A stretch of 64,000 nucleotides of DNA from Octopus sinensis (taxonomy: Eukaryota), in contig NC_043001.1 of assembly GCF_006345805.1 (NCBI RefSeq), positions 59,148,001 to 59,212,000 of the forward strand. The letters run 5' to 3'. This document shows positions 40,111 to 54,514 of the stretch, in pieces; positions within the stretch are counted from its first letter, which is position 1, and each line of letters starts with the position of its first letter. A program made the position numbers and the translations under genes. The notes beneath the pieces were generated by a model. The model made no database searches and was not told where the DNA came from. It worked only from the letters and a program-made list of their open reading frames with translations.

Positions 40111-41856
40111 GCAGATGGGAGGATCCACTATGGATTTTTTTCGGCTTCACCTTTATTTTATATCATTATAGTGCTGTCCACTCTCCGCACCTTGTTTATA
40201 ACTACTGTTGATTAGCTAACTGGTTGTCAAGCTAAGTTCATAGTTTATTAAAAAAATTAATATCTCACAAATCGTACCGGCACTAAAATTTTTATGAGTT
40301 TACCGAAATAATATACAAGAATAATATCATATCTACATCATACATCACGTTAGGAATTTAAATAGTTTTAGTACCTATACATGCCATAAAATAAATCATT
40401 GTTTCACACCAATATAGTTATCTTAAACGCCGTAGGTTAAAATCTCAGGTTTAACATCTTACTGAATTTATTTATATTACATTACATACTAACTTCAAAT
40501 CAAACCAGCGTTCACTTTGTATTTCATTCGCCCTTGCTGGATCAAGTAAGTACTAGACAAATACTATAAGGAACATTTTGATCTAAATTTAAGATCGCCA
40601 ATTTATGTTAAAATAATTATGTATATTTTGTCTATGCTTTCAAAGAAAAACATTCCAACATATAGGGAGAAAAACATTCCAACAACTAGAGGGAGTAAAT
40701 TGCACATTAATTTTGTGCTTCTTTTTCTGAATACATTGTAAGTCACCTTCCAGCCAATTGATCATAAATTATCTATTGCACACATTAATGAATGACAAAG
40801 TACTTTAAATACATATTTGACAAAGTTATAGCCATGTAGACTAGGCTGAAATAAATTATGGTTCTCTCAATACATATGCAAATATACAGATACACATGCA
40901 CACGCACGAACACACACACACATACACACACACACGCACACACACATACACGCACGCACGCACGTGCACGCACACACACACACACATGGAGGAAAACAAT
41001 GAAACAAACAGGCTTCCACGCACTTCGAAACATGGATATATGCACAGATGACGCCTACATATAATGTATGTACAGACACACATATATAAATAATAAAAGT
41101 GAATAGTCCGATTATAAGTTGTCATAATCGAGAATTGATAAAAGTAAATTCTGTATAAGAGTTAGCTAATATTACACATTTCTATATATATATATTAAAT
41201 GTATCCATATGTATATGTATATATAATAGCACACATGCACATGCACACACGCACACACACACACATGTATATGTGCGCATGGTATATATATTAAGAGAGG
41301 GAGAACGTGTGTGAGAGGAAGAAAGAGACAATGTATTGTGTATGCTTATATTTACGGCGCTGTTTAATTTTTTAAAAAATAACAATTTCATTTTTAACGT
41401 TGAAGTCTAAGGAGATCAAGTAGAACTACTTGCTTTCAAATTAGAAAACATGCAAACCCACAGCATGTCTTGCGACTAGTCAATTCACTTCCGGCGTTTC
41501 AAAATGTATGCAGTCGCGCATCAACGGCTGTCGCAATTTCGGTACATCAATTTATCGTTTGAAATTACTTGTTAATTTCCTGCCATTAAGTATGTGTTTC
41601 TTCGCTGTGTTGATTGGTCAGTTACCAAATGTTCATCCACCAATGGCTGTCAAATATCCTTTTAAAAATGGCTTCCTTCCGGAAACTTTCAATGCTTTTG
41701 AACCAACTGTCATTCTTGAGATTGCTATAAATTTAGTAACTGAAGATAGATGATGTAAAATCAATACTATTATCGAACAAGAATGTATGGATTTTTCTCA
41801 TCAGCATAAGTCTACGTATTGTATAAGCGATGATGTTTAGGCGAGATAATATATAT

Positions 41857-42021
<165 letters not shown>

Positions 42022-42054
42022 CATACATACATATATGTATGTATGTCTGTATAT

Positions 42055-42810
42055 AATAGAGACATTGTTGTTTCTAAATCTATCAGGGGGAGCTGTTCAG
42101 TAGCACCACTTTAAAGTAACGATTATTTGCCAACCGAATGTGGTAGACCCATTTGGTGCTAACCTCCTCTGTCGTATAGCCAGCTCGAGATGATGTCTCC
42201 TGCGGCTAAACAAAAGTAGCATTCGCCCCAAACGGGACTGCCTCATTAAGTTGGCAAATAATCGCTGCTTTATGTGTATGCGTGTACTTGAAATAACAGG
42301 GAACCGTTTGGGGTGAATGTTACTGTTGTTTAACCCCAGAAGAAATCGTCCCCAGCAGGCTATGGGACACACGATCTGTGTCCCTATAGTTTCGAAGAAG
42401 GGAAGTTACCACCAAACGGGACTGCCACATTAGGTTTGCAAATGGTCGTTACTTTAAAGTGATGTTACTAAATATCTCTAGTTGACAGATTTACGAACAA
42501 CAATGTTTCTATTTATTAGATCAGTAGTTGTATGCAACTTAGAAAAGTATGTATATTTTCGAACGGCTGATTAGCAGTGCTATCTCAGCCAATGATTTAT
42601 CTTGTGTCGACGAAGAGAAATAACTCTGAAACCGTACAGCCCACAGATACTGCTCTGCGCTGGGTTGGGGTGCTATTCTCCCCTGTTCACAAACATAAGA
42701 AGACATCATATGTCGTGTAGCTAGCTGAAGACGATGTCTCCTGGGGCTAAACAACAGTTGCATTCACCCCACACGGGACTGCCACATTAAGTTGGCAATT
42801 ATTCGTTACT
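42055..42810. mobile_element. Foldback/MITE-like element with long TIRs and modular internal repeats
   Basis: About 100-130-bp imperfect inverted ends (aatagagacattgttg..ctttaaagtaacga at 42055; reverse complement ending 42513). The module aaacgggactgcc(a/t)cattaag/agg recurs at about 42230, 42414 and 42772, and inverted near 42120-42150 and 42300-42345. Confidence 0.6.
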
Positions 42811-42970
42811 GTATATATATTGAGTGTGAATTAACTTGCCTGTCTATGATTCTGAGGTGTTTTAACACCCAGTGCTTTGAGAGTATATATACTCCACCAC
42901 ACTCTTGCTGCCACCGTAAAATACACGAAGCCTATACAATGAGTATGTAGTTGATGATATATATGCTTTA

Positions 42971-43177
42971 TCTTTTATGTTTGTTTCAGCCATTAAACAG
43001 CGGCCATGTTGGGCACCACCTTGAAGGGCTTTTAGCCGAATGAATCAACCTCAGTACTTATTTTCATAAGCCTGGTACTTATTTTATCAATAACTTTTTG
43101 CCGAACAGCTAAGTTACAGGGACTTAAAGAAACGAAAGCCGATTGTCAAGGGGTGGGAGGACAAGCACAGACAGAAA

Positions 43178-43216
<39 letters not shown>

Positions 43217-43366
43217 GCTTCTTTCAGTTTCTATCTATTAAATCCACGCACAAGCCTTTGGTCAGCCCGAGGCTATAGTAGAAGACAGCTGCTCAAGTTG
43301 CCACGCTGTGGGACTGAACCCCGACCATGTGGTTGGGAAGCAGCTTCTTGCCACACAGCTACGCCT
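42971..43366 (-). mobile_element. SINE family B with internal (CA)n
   Basis: Reverse complement of the 10692-11143 type. Head ..gccacacagctacgcc ends at 43366. Confidence 0.8.
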
Positions 43367-44639
43367 TGAATATTCAGTAAATAACAAGAACAAAATATTT
43401 AGTGATGCTTAACATTGACAACAGACAGACTGGTTATAATTTTAGCTTAACTAATTGCCTCGGTCACTTTAAGAAGACGATCTATTCCTGCTGAAATAAA
43501 ATGAAAAATAAATTAGATTAAATTAAATTAGAATAAATTAAGTTACATTAATTCTTCATAATTAATAATTAATTCTGGAAGTCTTCATGTTTTACTTATA
43601 AGGATCACATGGTGCTGTATCTCGCTTCCATGCAATTGCTGCTGGTTGTCATTGAACAGCAGTAGTAAGGCCGGGTAATTAAAGTGACAGCATGTAGTGG
43701 TATAAGTGGTAGAAGCAGCAGCTAGCACGACTTATTCACCGTGGTTGTAACAGTCGTGGTGATGTCTTCAGTAAGGGTTGTCGTAGTGCTGATGCTGGTT
43801 GTTACTCTTCTCTACCTCCAGAATTGAAACGTGTTTGGTATTTTGTTGTGAAAGATATTACTTTGTTCATGCACAAACATATATGTAAATCCAATAATTT
43901 CAACTGCTTTTCCACTAATTGTTTTACATTCCTAAGCGTTTGCGTGTAGGCTGAGACACAATATACAGAAAAAGATATCTGGGAAAGCCTGGACTGCAAT
44001 TCACATGTGAATGAGAAATGCTGTGCCTTCTTGAGAGTTACATTTCACCGTGCAGTCGGAAATCGGATCCACAAGTTCGTGTGCTTTTGTCTGGGGTATG
44101 AAGAATAACACGATTAATTTTATTTAGTTTTATAGATTTATTTCATTTTATAAGCATAACGGTGAGAGATAAAGAGAGCTAGCGAGTGAGAGAGTGAGAG
44201 AGAGTATTATTTGAGTGTGTGTGTGAGAGAGAGGGGGAGAAATAGATGCAAGGACTCAGACAATTAAGAAATAACCGATGAACAACAGGAACAATTGATA
44301 TTGATTAACTTCTAACTCGTTACAGTGCTTATTGAATAAAAGAATAGTGAGCTTGTATATGGATAAGGAGCAAATAAATATACATGTACTTTTAAAATTT
44401 TGCATTTGCTGAGCGCAGTTAATTATAAGTTTATTAACTGGACGCATGTAAAGTGATCGCAACTAATCCCCAGACAAGCTTTCTGTGTACTTTACGCGCG
44501 AACGCGCGAACGCACACACACACATATATATATAAATATATATCAAATGTATATGCATTATAGACATTTTCATCTTATACAAGCGCAAAAGCGACATGAA
44601 TGAAAGTCCAGTTCATGTATGGTTATGTAGTTTAAAAGT

Positions 44640-45120
44640 CCCTTTACCTCTTTTTACACTAAAATATAGCTCAAAATTATTTTAAGTCTCCCATGCATAT
44701 TTGCGCACCACCTGATATAAAAATTCCTGAGGTTGCAATATTTTTGGATGATAAATGTAAGCCGACTATTGAAAGTTACCCACTTGCAACTTCTTGACAG
44801 GTCGCAATCCAGGAGATTGTCTTGCAAATATCACGAACACAGATATGTCAGGACTCCACTCAATTATTTGAAAACGAGATGTAACGAAACGCGCTAATGA
44901 GATATATTTGAATAGGTAAATCAGACGTATGATGCTTTGGTTAGACGATAGTGAGACGATCGACAAATATCTTTTAAAAATTTTGCTACAGAGAATCCAA
45001 ATATACTTTGACAAGTCGTTGTTGGGATAGCCATGGAATCTCGGTGACAGACTTACTTTGGAAAAGTTGGTAATTTGGATATTCCAGCGCTCATAATATT
45101 ATGCAGCTTATCTAGGAAAA
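44640..45120 (-). pseudogene. Possible Penelope-like RT/linker fragment, highly decayed
   Basis: Minus frame GYPNNDLSKYIWILCSKIF..IIRLIYL.. resembles the PLE NGYPxxFI..CI / LPYLG region. Weak. Confidence 0.3.
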
Positions 45121-45998
45121 CTGCAAGTACAAATAGTTACAATTTATCCATTATGTAAGTTTGTATTTGTAAATAATTCTAAGTAAAATACATTTAAATA
45201 CTATTATATATTCATAAATCACTATTCTATATTCGTGCGCAATATTAGTTGAACGCAAAAGAGCAGTAATACAGGATAGAAAAATCCCCATAACATATCG
45301 GAGAAAACGTATCGTATTTTGCGCTTGGAACCTGATTTTAATTCAGAAATTGTTATTTCCGAAACATTCTTCTTGCTTAATTCTCAAACTGACAGATCAA
45401 CATTTTTGAAATTCATTGAAGATTATAAATCACATTAGGCATGCTGACCTGTATGCATGTGATGTTAATCAAAATATTTAGATTAACTGAATACTTGAAA
45501 CTAAACTGAGAAATGTTTTCGTCTTTGGTAGATTAATCAGTTAAAAGCTAGTGTATAGAGATTCAACGCTATGTAAAGTTCAGCGTATATGAGAATTACT
45601 AGATTCCGGTGTGAAATGATTAAAAGGAAATCGTCTGGAATAATTTCAGCCTTATTTTCCGAATCTTCAACCATACAGAAATGTCATTATCTTCATCCAT
45701 CTAGAAGTATTTAAGTAGAATGCGGTGATAATAATTTTCCCTATAATAGAAGCATAGCGTTTATTAACAAAGGGAAAAGTAATAATAAAAATACTCTCTG
45801 AACGAACGCAAGTAATTTATGAAGTCCTAACTGGATGCATTTGTTCCTTTAACGAATTCAGTATGTTCACCTAATTATGGTTTCGGTTAGCATCTGATGG
45901 AAAGATAATTTAAGGCCCTTCAGAATTCGTATTTGCATTACTTATTTTATATTCTGCCAATGAATATTTACATACATACAAATAGATACTCACAAATA

Positions 45999-46050
<52 letters not shown>

Positions 46051-46051
46051 A

Positions 46052-46097
<46 letters not shown>

Positions 46098-46130
46098 GTA
46101 GGTGTGTATATATATATGTAGGTATGTGTG

Positions 46131-46168
<38 letters not shown>

Positions 46169-46178
46169 GGTATGTGTG

Positions 46179-46218
<40 letters not shown>

Positions 46219-46226
46219 GGTATGTA

Positions 46227-46305
<79 letters not shown>

Positions 46306-46318
46306 ATATATATATATA

Positions 46319-47579
46319 TTGGGTGATCCCGTAAATAATGCGATTTTTTCAATTGCATGAACCAAAAGTTCCGAGTGGGGGCAGGATAAACTACCTTCAT
46401 CAACTTGCTGTAAGAGCAGGGAGCAATTTGATATTGACCTTATTCATAGTGCAAGTTTTGAAAGTGCAGTTCGATTTTAACAGTTATTTTCTCGAAGCTA
46501 TAATGTAAGTGGCAAACGAGTATTTTCGGCATATTTTGCTTTATGAGTTCAATAAAAGCAACAATGCAACGGAAAGTGCGAGGAATATTAACGTAGTATA
46601 AGGGGATCCGACAATAAGCGTAAGCCAGTGTTAACGGTGGTTCCAGAAATTCCGAGCTGGAAACTACAGCTTAGAAGACGAGCCTCGTCCTGGTAGATCT
46701 GTAGAGCTCAACGTCCTGCAAGGCCTGATGGAAAAAAATCCCATCGTAACCGTTGAGGAACTAGCAGAGAAGCTTAGATTTGGTCATTCAACCATTCATC
46801 GATACCTGTGTACCACCGGAAAAGTCAGCAAATTAGGTTAGTAGGATCATCACAAACTTCCCGAGTCTAATCGCGCGCAGTGGGTGAATGTGTGCTCTTC
46901 TTTGCTGTTATGTATTACGAATGGACCGTTTTTGGATCGAATAATGACTGGTAACATGAAATAGTTTCTCTTTAAAAGTGTCAAGCACCGAAGACAGTGA
47001 GTAGTGAAAGGAGAAACAATAGCACCCCACGATAAAAAAAGGTCTTCACTGACATAAGGGGTTGTTATCTGTTTGGTTGGATATGAAAGGTTTAGTCCAC
47101 TTTGAACATTGAAACCCAAACCAAACGATGATAAAGGCGATCTACTGCGAGCAGCCTGAGCGGTTTAGTGAGCGCTAGAAGGAAAACGACCATCTTTGGT
47201 TTCAATACCAAAGGTGTTCTTCCATCAGGATAATACTTGGCAACATACAGCGAGGATGACATTCCAAAGGTTGGAGCAGTTTTAACGGGGATTCGCCTGG
47301 CATTACCCCATCTGATTATCATTTATTCCGCAGTCTTCAAAATCATTTGGACAGAAAACTTATAAATTCTCTAGATGAGGTCAGATCAGTATGGAGGACT
47401 ATTTTTCGTCACGACCAAGTGAACTTTGGAAGAGGCGACTTCCAAATATACCGGATAGATGGAAGAGTATTGTAGAAAATGAGGGAGAGTATATTCTAGA
47501 TTAAAAAATAACTTTGCTTATCTTAATTTAAAAAATTAAAGAAGTATAAAAAAACTGCATTATTTATTGGATGACCCTG
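46319..47579 (+). mobile_element. Full-length decayed mariner (DD34D) transposon
   Basis: Imperfect TIRs (gggt(g/c)atcc..taaataatgc..ttttt). Pseudo-ORF about 46503-47504 with RHILLYEF, RWFQKFRAGNYSLEDEPRPGRS, FLDRIMTG, FHQDN and RWKSIVENEGEYILD*. Many stops. Confidence 0.9.
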
Positions 47580-47582
47580 TGC

Positions 47583-47636
<54 letters not shown>

Positions 47637-48719
47637 TTGTATATATATAAATATATATCTATATATATACATATGAAAGCATGCATATATGTATGTATGT
47701 ATGTATATATATATATATATACACACACACATATGCGTGTTAGTGCGTGTGCATATATATATCTAAATAGACAGAAATAATGGGTTATATGCATTTACCT
47801 ACAATAAGCTTACAGCTGTTTCAGGTATTCATGTACGGGATTTCAATTTTATAAATCGATGGATTGATTGACTGAAAATATTTTGAGAAAAACCCTTGCA
47901 ATGATATCTCTTTCAGAGTCGAAACAACTCAACGGTCATAGAAAATGAAGAATAGAAAAGAAACAGGTTGGAAATTGGTCAGTATAACATTTGTACAGAA
48001 TTAGATCGCCTGTTTGTAGCCATCAGCATTAAGCTATTGTTCTCTCTTACCACGAGTGAATAATATTAATATCCAGTAAAAAACATTTTGACAACCTACA
48101 ACCTCTTTATGTTCCGGTGGTAGGCGTGTGGAGTTTGCTACTGCAATTTTGGAAACTATTTTAAGAGAGTGACTGGCTTTTCGCGTTTTGGACCATATTT
48201 TTGGAACCTATCGTAGAGGGGGAAATGAGCAAACCAAAAATTATCTTGAGCTTGAAGTATCAACATCTATCTACTAAGTTATCATGAATTGATATTATTA
48301 CCAAACAGTTCACAGAAATAGTTAGAACTAATAATCAGTTTCATAAATAAGTAAATAAACTATAGCAGATAAATGAAAAGTAGGAGTAAGACTACATGTA
48401 TCTTAAATTTATAGCACCCGGTATCATTGGTACAGCTGCAATAGGAAGGTTAAGATATGTTTCTTAAACAGTGCGGTAGAGCATATCACGCAACTGCTAT
48501 GTGAAGAAGATAAAACCTAACTAAAATCAAGCAAATCCAAAGCAAAATGAAAACAAAAAATGGGAAATATATATGAAAATAGTAATACAAAAATAAAATG
48601 CTTATCTTATGATTATCAAATAAATGGAAAGGGGGTACAAGGAAAGGAAATTTTCAATAATTCAAGTAATTCAGAAAATTGACTCGAACTAGTGTTATTG
48701 AGCAAGCTGTTATATTTAT

Positions 48720-49330
48720 TTAGCTTATCTTTCTGTTAGTTGATAGCGTTTCTTCGTCAATTGACTCAAGAATTCCACTCGTGTTATGATTAAATTTCCT
48801 ATTAAATACTTCACTACTATTTCTGAAGTATTTACTTCTATCATTATGGCAGTTATCAGATTCATAATATGTCATATATTTAACCATATTGTCCTTAACC
48901 GAATCGTTATTTGGTATGTATTTAATTTGTTCGCTAAAACCTACTTCTGCTAGGGCTAGGTTGTGATATTTCATGTGCCCTTTAAATATCTCTTTGTTGG
49001 CCCAAAATTTAGAAATTGTAACTGACACCCGCTTAACGACAAAGTTTATAATACATCTTCAATAATTTGAGTAGCAGCTAGAGCACTTAAGATTTTCGTT
49101 TGGTGTGTGAAATAGGTGATGCAATCCAGTAATAAGGTCAAGAGTAATAACTTAGAACCTAACATTGCTATGTTCCTTTTTTGGAAACCTCGATGCATTT
49201 GAGAAGTGGTGAACTTTTTTATGCCTTTCATTGTTATTTTTTGCTGTATTTTCGAATAGTAAACAATGTATCAGCTGAGTATAAACTTCTCTCTAATTCT
49301 GGAAGTTACTGATTTACGCACCTTAAAAAT
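48720..49330 (-). pseudogene. Penelope-like RT thumb fragment
   Basis: Minus frames VITLDLITGLHHLFHTPNENLK..SNY and VSVTISKFWANKEIFKGHMKYHNLALAEVGFSEQIKY match the PLE pattern FLDVTLDL..Y.PY.KPN..SNHP..IS..SSNEEIF...Y..AL..SG...I.Y. Confidence 0.6.
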
Positions 49331-51044
49331 ATATTCCCACCAAATTTTGTAACTGAGCGGAGTTTATATATATATTTTTTCAATAGCTGAACGCTGTCAA
49401 TACGACGCTAGTTGTTTCGTGTGTATGTATTTGCAATTATTATATCATTGTTTAAATAACTTTAACAAATAAGTTCATTTATTTATGCAAATGTGCATTA
49501 CGAAACTTCATGGGATCGAAAATCATACAAATCAATAAGAACGAATATATGGGAAGCATTGCATGATTCAATGTATATGATACTGATTTCTTCCTAAATG
49601 ATATTTACTGAACCGACGTTCAGAAATAATCTAACCAAGAAACTAAGCAAAGATGATAGAATAGAAAATCTCTGGCTATGGAGACCGTTCATATCTCTGA
49701 AACACTTCAATATTAATTTCATCCATGATTCCAGCTGGAGCCTTATCAAACCTACTAAAAGTGTGTGGGGTGCAATATTAGCAAATAGATACTAGATAAA
49801 ATCTGTTTAATAATCTCCCAGACAATACGATAGACAATATTATATGTCATTCACTTCTAAAGGTACATATAAGTTGTAAAAGGCAACTGACTCAATAAGG
49901 AAGAAATAAATGCTCCAAATTTACTGACTCAAAAATGCAAATATTGAGAATTTGGAAAATATTAAAAAGAGTACAGCTAATACTTACTGAAGTGGAGAGG
50001 AGATACAAAGAAGGGAGAATTTACATAGGGGAAATCTAGAAAATTGCGCCTTTATGTAATGTCTATATTCCGCTAAAATATATTTCGCTAAAATGAAGGG
50101 AAAATGGTTTTTAACGAAATTTAGTGTATTTTAGTGAGGCAGAAACTATCCGGAAGTGTAGGGTAGGAGTACACCTAACAGAAAATATTAAATACACCAC
50201 CGTGTAATTATGCTATTCTTTCCTTAAAGGAGGATAAATAAAGAAACCAGTCAAGTTCTTTATCGATAAATTGAGCCTGTGTTAGAAATAACTTTATTTG
50301 TAACTGTTTAATTTTATTATTATTTATTCCTCATGCGATTTCGCGTAAACCGTCACTCTTTATGTAACCTGACTGTTTTAATATTCCCCTCGACCTTGTA
50401 TAGGTCTACCATAATACTCTTCAAAATAAATAAATAAATAAGGTCGATATACAAACTGGCTTCTCTTGATTAGGCACTACACTTGATTAATGAAAACATC
50501 AGCTGGAAAACAGGTTTCATAATCGGCGACAATCCATTCTCAAAGACCAGACAGAAATCTCAGTAGTTGCCACAACCCCGCTGCTTGTTTGCGTATTAAT
50601 AGTCACAACATATAGAGCCTTCTATGTAGAGTGTATTTGCAGTACGTGAAACATTTCAGCAGCGAATGATTATATGCGATTAGATGAAAACAGGCAATGA
50701 TTCTCATGTAGGTGGAAATATATATTAGTTGACTGAATGCGGAATATAAGGACTGCCGCTGAGGGGCATGGCCAAAATTGCAGTACACTGATGTGAAGTA
50801 GATTCTTCTAAAAGATAGATCGAAGGATGTAGACAAAGGACCGCTGGTGAAGGGAAATGGTTAACATTGTCGAAAGTCAACTATTGATCTGTGCTGCACC
50901 GCTATCAGGTTTATAACCCACTATCTCTAATGTATATATTATGAGCTGGAGGCTGTCATAGATAGTTCTATCGGGAAACAACTAGATTTGAGTGTTCCTT
51001 ACTAAACAAAAAAAAGTATGCAGTATCATAATGTATATCTATTC

Positions 51045-51375
51045 ATGTGTTTGATATAACTGTCACCTCTGTCCCGTCTTCTTTCTCATTCTATCTTCAT
51101 CATTACTGTCATGACAATGAAAATCACAATCACAATCAATCATCATTCTATCCTCATCAACATTTATATTGTGATCATCCATATTGTCATCGTAACATCA
51201 TCAGCATCCTTACTATCATCATTAAATTCACTATCCACCTTATCATCATAATCATCACTCTCACTACCATCATCATTATCAGTCATCATCAATCATTATC
51301 ATATCACTATCAACATCATCTTCACTGTGGGCCATCAATCTTCCTCCATATCAAAATCATCATTATAATTGTCAT
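51045..51375. repeat. Degenerate (CAT)n low-complexity tract
   Basis: Visible catcat/atcatc periodicity. Explains the His/Ile-rich ORF at 51047. Confidence 0.85.
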
Positions 51376-52254
51376 CATGTATTATGTGTACCACTTATTC
51401 CCAACAGTCCAATTGAAAGTAATTAACAGACGACGCAATTCTACGTGATACAAAGGAATTCTTTCCTTTACAGCTCTAAGTTGAAGCAAGTCCTATATTA
51501 AAACAACAATGGCACATGAACGAAATAAATACTAAAATAAGCACAAAATAAGCCTAAATAAAAAAGAAACAAATATCTTTACTGAAAAAATTCTTCGCAA
51601 CCTAAAACCAAATTGTCAGTAAAACTAAAAATTATTAAAGTACAAAATATTAACTAGGTCACATTGACATTGATTTATATTGTTCCAGTTATATTTATTG
51701 ATATTCGGTTGTATTTAATATTTGTGAGAGTGTTTTAAGGTTGTTTTTATTAATTTAAAATCGCTTTATTTTTAACGTGCATGATTGATTACCATTTCCG
51801 TTTTTCTCGCTCATAAAATAAAGAGCGTGCATCTTAATGCCAGATTAACGTAGACCATTATGCGAAAACGGATTTGAATTTAACTGATCTGCGTTCATTT
51901 TCAAACCTTGAAACTTTTTAATGCAAACGTTTAATTTAAGCACTGTATTCACAATAGAATATGACTGAATTGTTCGCTGTTTTTATTTATTGGTTTTACT
52001 TTGTGATTTAGTGATACTTTTCATTTAATTTTTTTTTTCTTAATGATATTCAATTTTCGTTGTCTGTTGGTGTAAAGTAGGGGTTAAATTTTTTATTATT
52101 CGGCGTATATAAGTGCAATGTGTGTATGAGTGTGTGTGTGTGCTTGTGTGTTAACAAGTATTCATATATGTGTATATATATTTATATATATGTGTGTACA
52201 ATGTATAAAGTATGTATCTATGCATGCCGGTTGGTAGATATGTATGCGTGTACG

Positions 52255-52523
52255 TATACTTGTGTGCTGACGACGCTGCAGTACTGAGTCTCAAAATACA
52301 GTAAGTGATGTGTCATCAGCCGGTGAAGCAGCTGTGTACGTGTTTCGGCCCCTTACACAACAACAACAGAGAGATTCCGGGATCACACACCGATGGAGGT
52401 GGCAAAGCTCTTACACAATAACACGAGTCAGATGTTGCGATTCTCGGCTAGATATTTCAACCACCATTAATGGTCGGTCATGCCGCACCACTTGTTCTCT
52501 CCCTCCCTCTCTCTCTCTCCCTC

Positions 52524-52568
<45 letters not shown>

Positions 52569-52670
52569 TGAGTCAGATGTAGCAACTATCTTCTTCAGCG
52601 ACTTCGACTAGCCGCAATTAGACAAAGATACCTGAGCATCGTGTGAACATTGGCTCCAACAAATTCAGGT
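52255..52670 (+). promoter_or_regulatory. Candidate promoter or non-coding first exon
   Basis: GC-enriched non-TE island with a (CT)n tract, TGAGTCA (AP-1 consensus) near 52569, and a donor-like CAG|GTAAAA at 52668/52669. Sequence-only inference. Confidence 0.25.
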
Positions 52671-52835
52671 AAAATAACCAACGTATATATCATTGATACA
52701 CACACACACACACACACACCCTCACTAACTCACTCATACACAACTACGTACATGTATATATATATATTGTACGTATGCATATATATATATTTATGCTGTG
52801 TATATGTATATATACATATATATGTGTGTGTGTGT

Positions 52836-52869
<34 letters not shown>

Positions 52870-53049
52870 TGTCTGTCTGTCTGTTTGTGTAAGCTTGCAT
52901 GCCCCGCTTCTATATTAGTAAAACATTGAAATCAATTAGACTATTAATCGTATCTTATATCTTCCGCAATGAATTATGTGGTAGATTATTCCTACAAATG
53001 AAGTGTTTCATTCATTCAACACGTTACTTGCTGTCATTTTGTATTCAAA

Positions 53050-53400
53050 CTTGTAACGTGTTGAAATATCTTTACTCGTGATGTAAATGTGATTACAATA
53101 AATTGCATTAGGTGGGATTTCAAATTCAGTGAAAGCTCTGTGCTCTAAGATCCTAGAAATATCATTGGTGATGTGTTCCAGAACGGCCGTGAAATATTCT
53201 GTATATACTCGCTTAAATTTTTCACTATATACTCGCTTTGAAGCTAGGATATACATTTAAGCAACCGACCCCGAATGGGAAGATCTTCAAACAGATCTCT
53301 GACTTGTTTTGGAGAATTTGTTGCAATTGCTTCCTCCATAGTTTTATCCCAATGATGACCATATTCGTAGCAAAAAAAGTCATGTAAAAGTATCGCCGAA
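53050..53400 (-). pseudogene. Helitron Rep-helicase linker fragment
   Basis: HWDKTMEEAIATNSPKQVRDLF resembles the RepHel motif W..TL.EA.....P.QLR.LF. A following frame gives AVLEHITNDI..AFTEFEIP. Confidence 0.5.
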
Positions 53401-53608
53401 AACAGTCGCAGTAATAAAAATATAAGAATCCAAAATTTCAGGATTGCAGGTACGGATTCGGCCCGGAATGTTTTTAATTTACTCACGGGGTCAGCCTTAT
53501 TCCAAAATGGTATGATATGTTGGGCTACGGCCTCTAGGAGTAAAGTTGAAAAAGTGTGAAACACTGATATTCGCATTTATTACATTATATTATATTAATA
53601 TACTATAA

Positions 53609-53706
53609 AGCTGGCGAGCTGGCAGAATCGTTAGCATTCCGGGCGAAATGCTTAACAGTGTTTCGTCTGCCGTAGGGTTTTAAGTTCGAATTCTGCTGAG
53701 GTCGAT
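53609..53706 (+). mobile_element. SINE family A head (truncated)
   Basis: AGCTGGCGAGCTGGCAGAATCGTTAGC..GTTCGAATTC..GAGGTCGA. Confidence 0.75.
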
Positions 53707-54421
53707 TCAAATAAGTTATCATTAACAGTAAAAAAAATTGATGATAAGGTGGACGGCAAACATAACCAAATAGGCAAAATATATATTAAAAGTCAGTGTG
53801 CAATATGCATCTGTTTGCTAGAAAGAAGAGTTAAAACTCTCCAAAGCCACGCATCCCTTACCATATGTAAACATGCACGGAGTATGTAGCAAATATACTA
53901 AAACGCAGTCCTCCCCATTTGTAAAACCACAAAGAGAAGAGTAGATATCCATGTATCAATTAATTTTACTTTCTGAGCTAAATGACATGTAAAGATTATC
54001 AGCTATGCTTACTACATAAACTATTTTAAAAATATATTTACAATTCCGTGAGAGTCTGTTCAGCTGAAGGCTCCGCGCGAGGGATGGTAAATATATGATT
54101 TAAAAAGTTTACATAGTAAGATTAATTGATGATATAAGTGCCATTCGGCACAGAAAGTTGAATCAATTTATACTGGGATATCTAGCCTTTTCTTTGTGGT
54201 TTTACAAGTGGGGGGGACTGTTTTTTGATATCTTTGCTACACTCTATGTGCGCGTTCACAGATACTGAGAGATGTGCGGATTTGGAGAGTTTTAACCCTT
54301 CTTTCTAACAAAAAGCTGCATATTGTACCATGACTCTTAATTGCAAAACGTATATATAAACGTAATACACACACACACACACTTACATATATATATATAT
54401 ATATACATGCACATATATATA

Positions 54422-54466
<45 letters not shown>

Positions 54467-54514
54467 ATATATATAATATATATATATATTATATATATAT
54501 TATATATATATATA

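Noticed and set aside
43816-43950. Possible 135-nt symmetric phase-1 exon on the minus strand
   Set aside because: AG/GT boundaries and an open frame exist, but the peptide is unrecognisable and such matches arise by chance.
50480-50880. Possible old CR1/L2 3' fragment on the minus strand
   Set aside because: Only a frameshifted L*NLF/PADVF hint; too weak to call.
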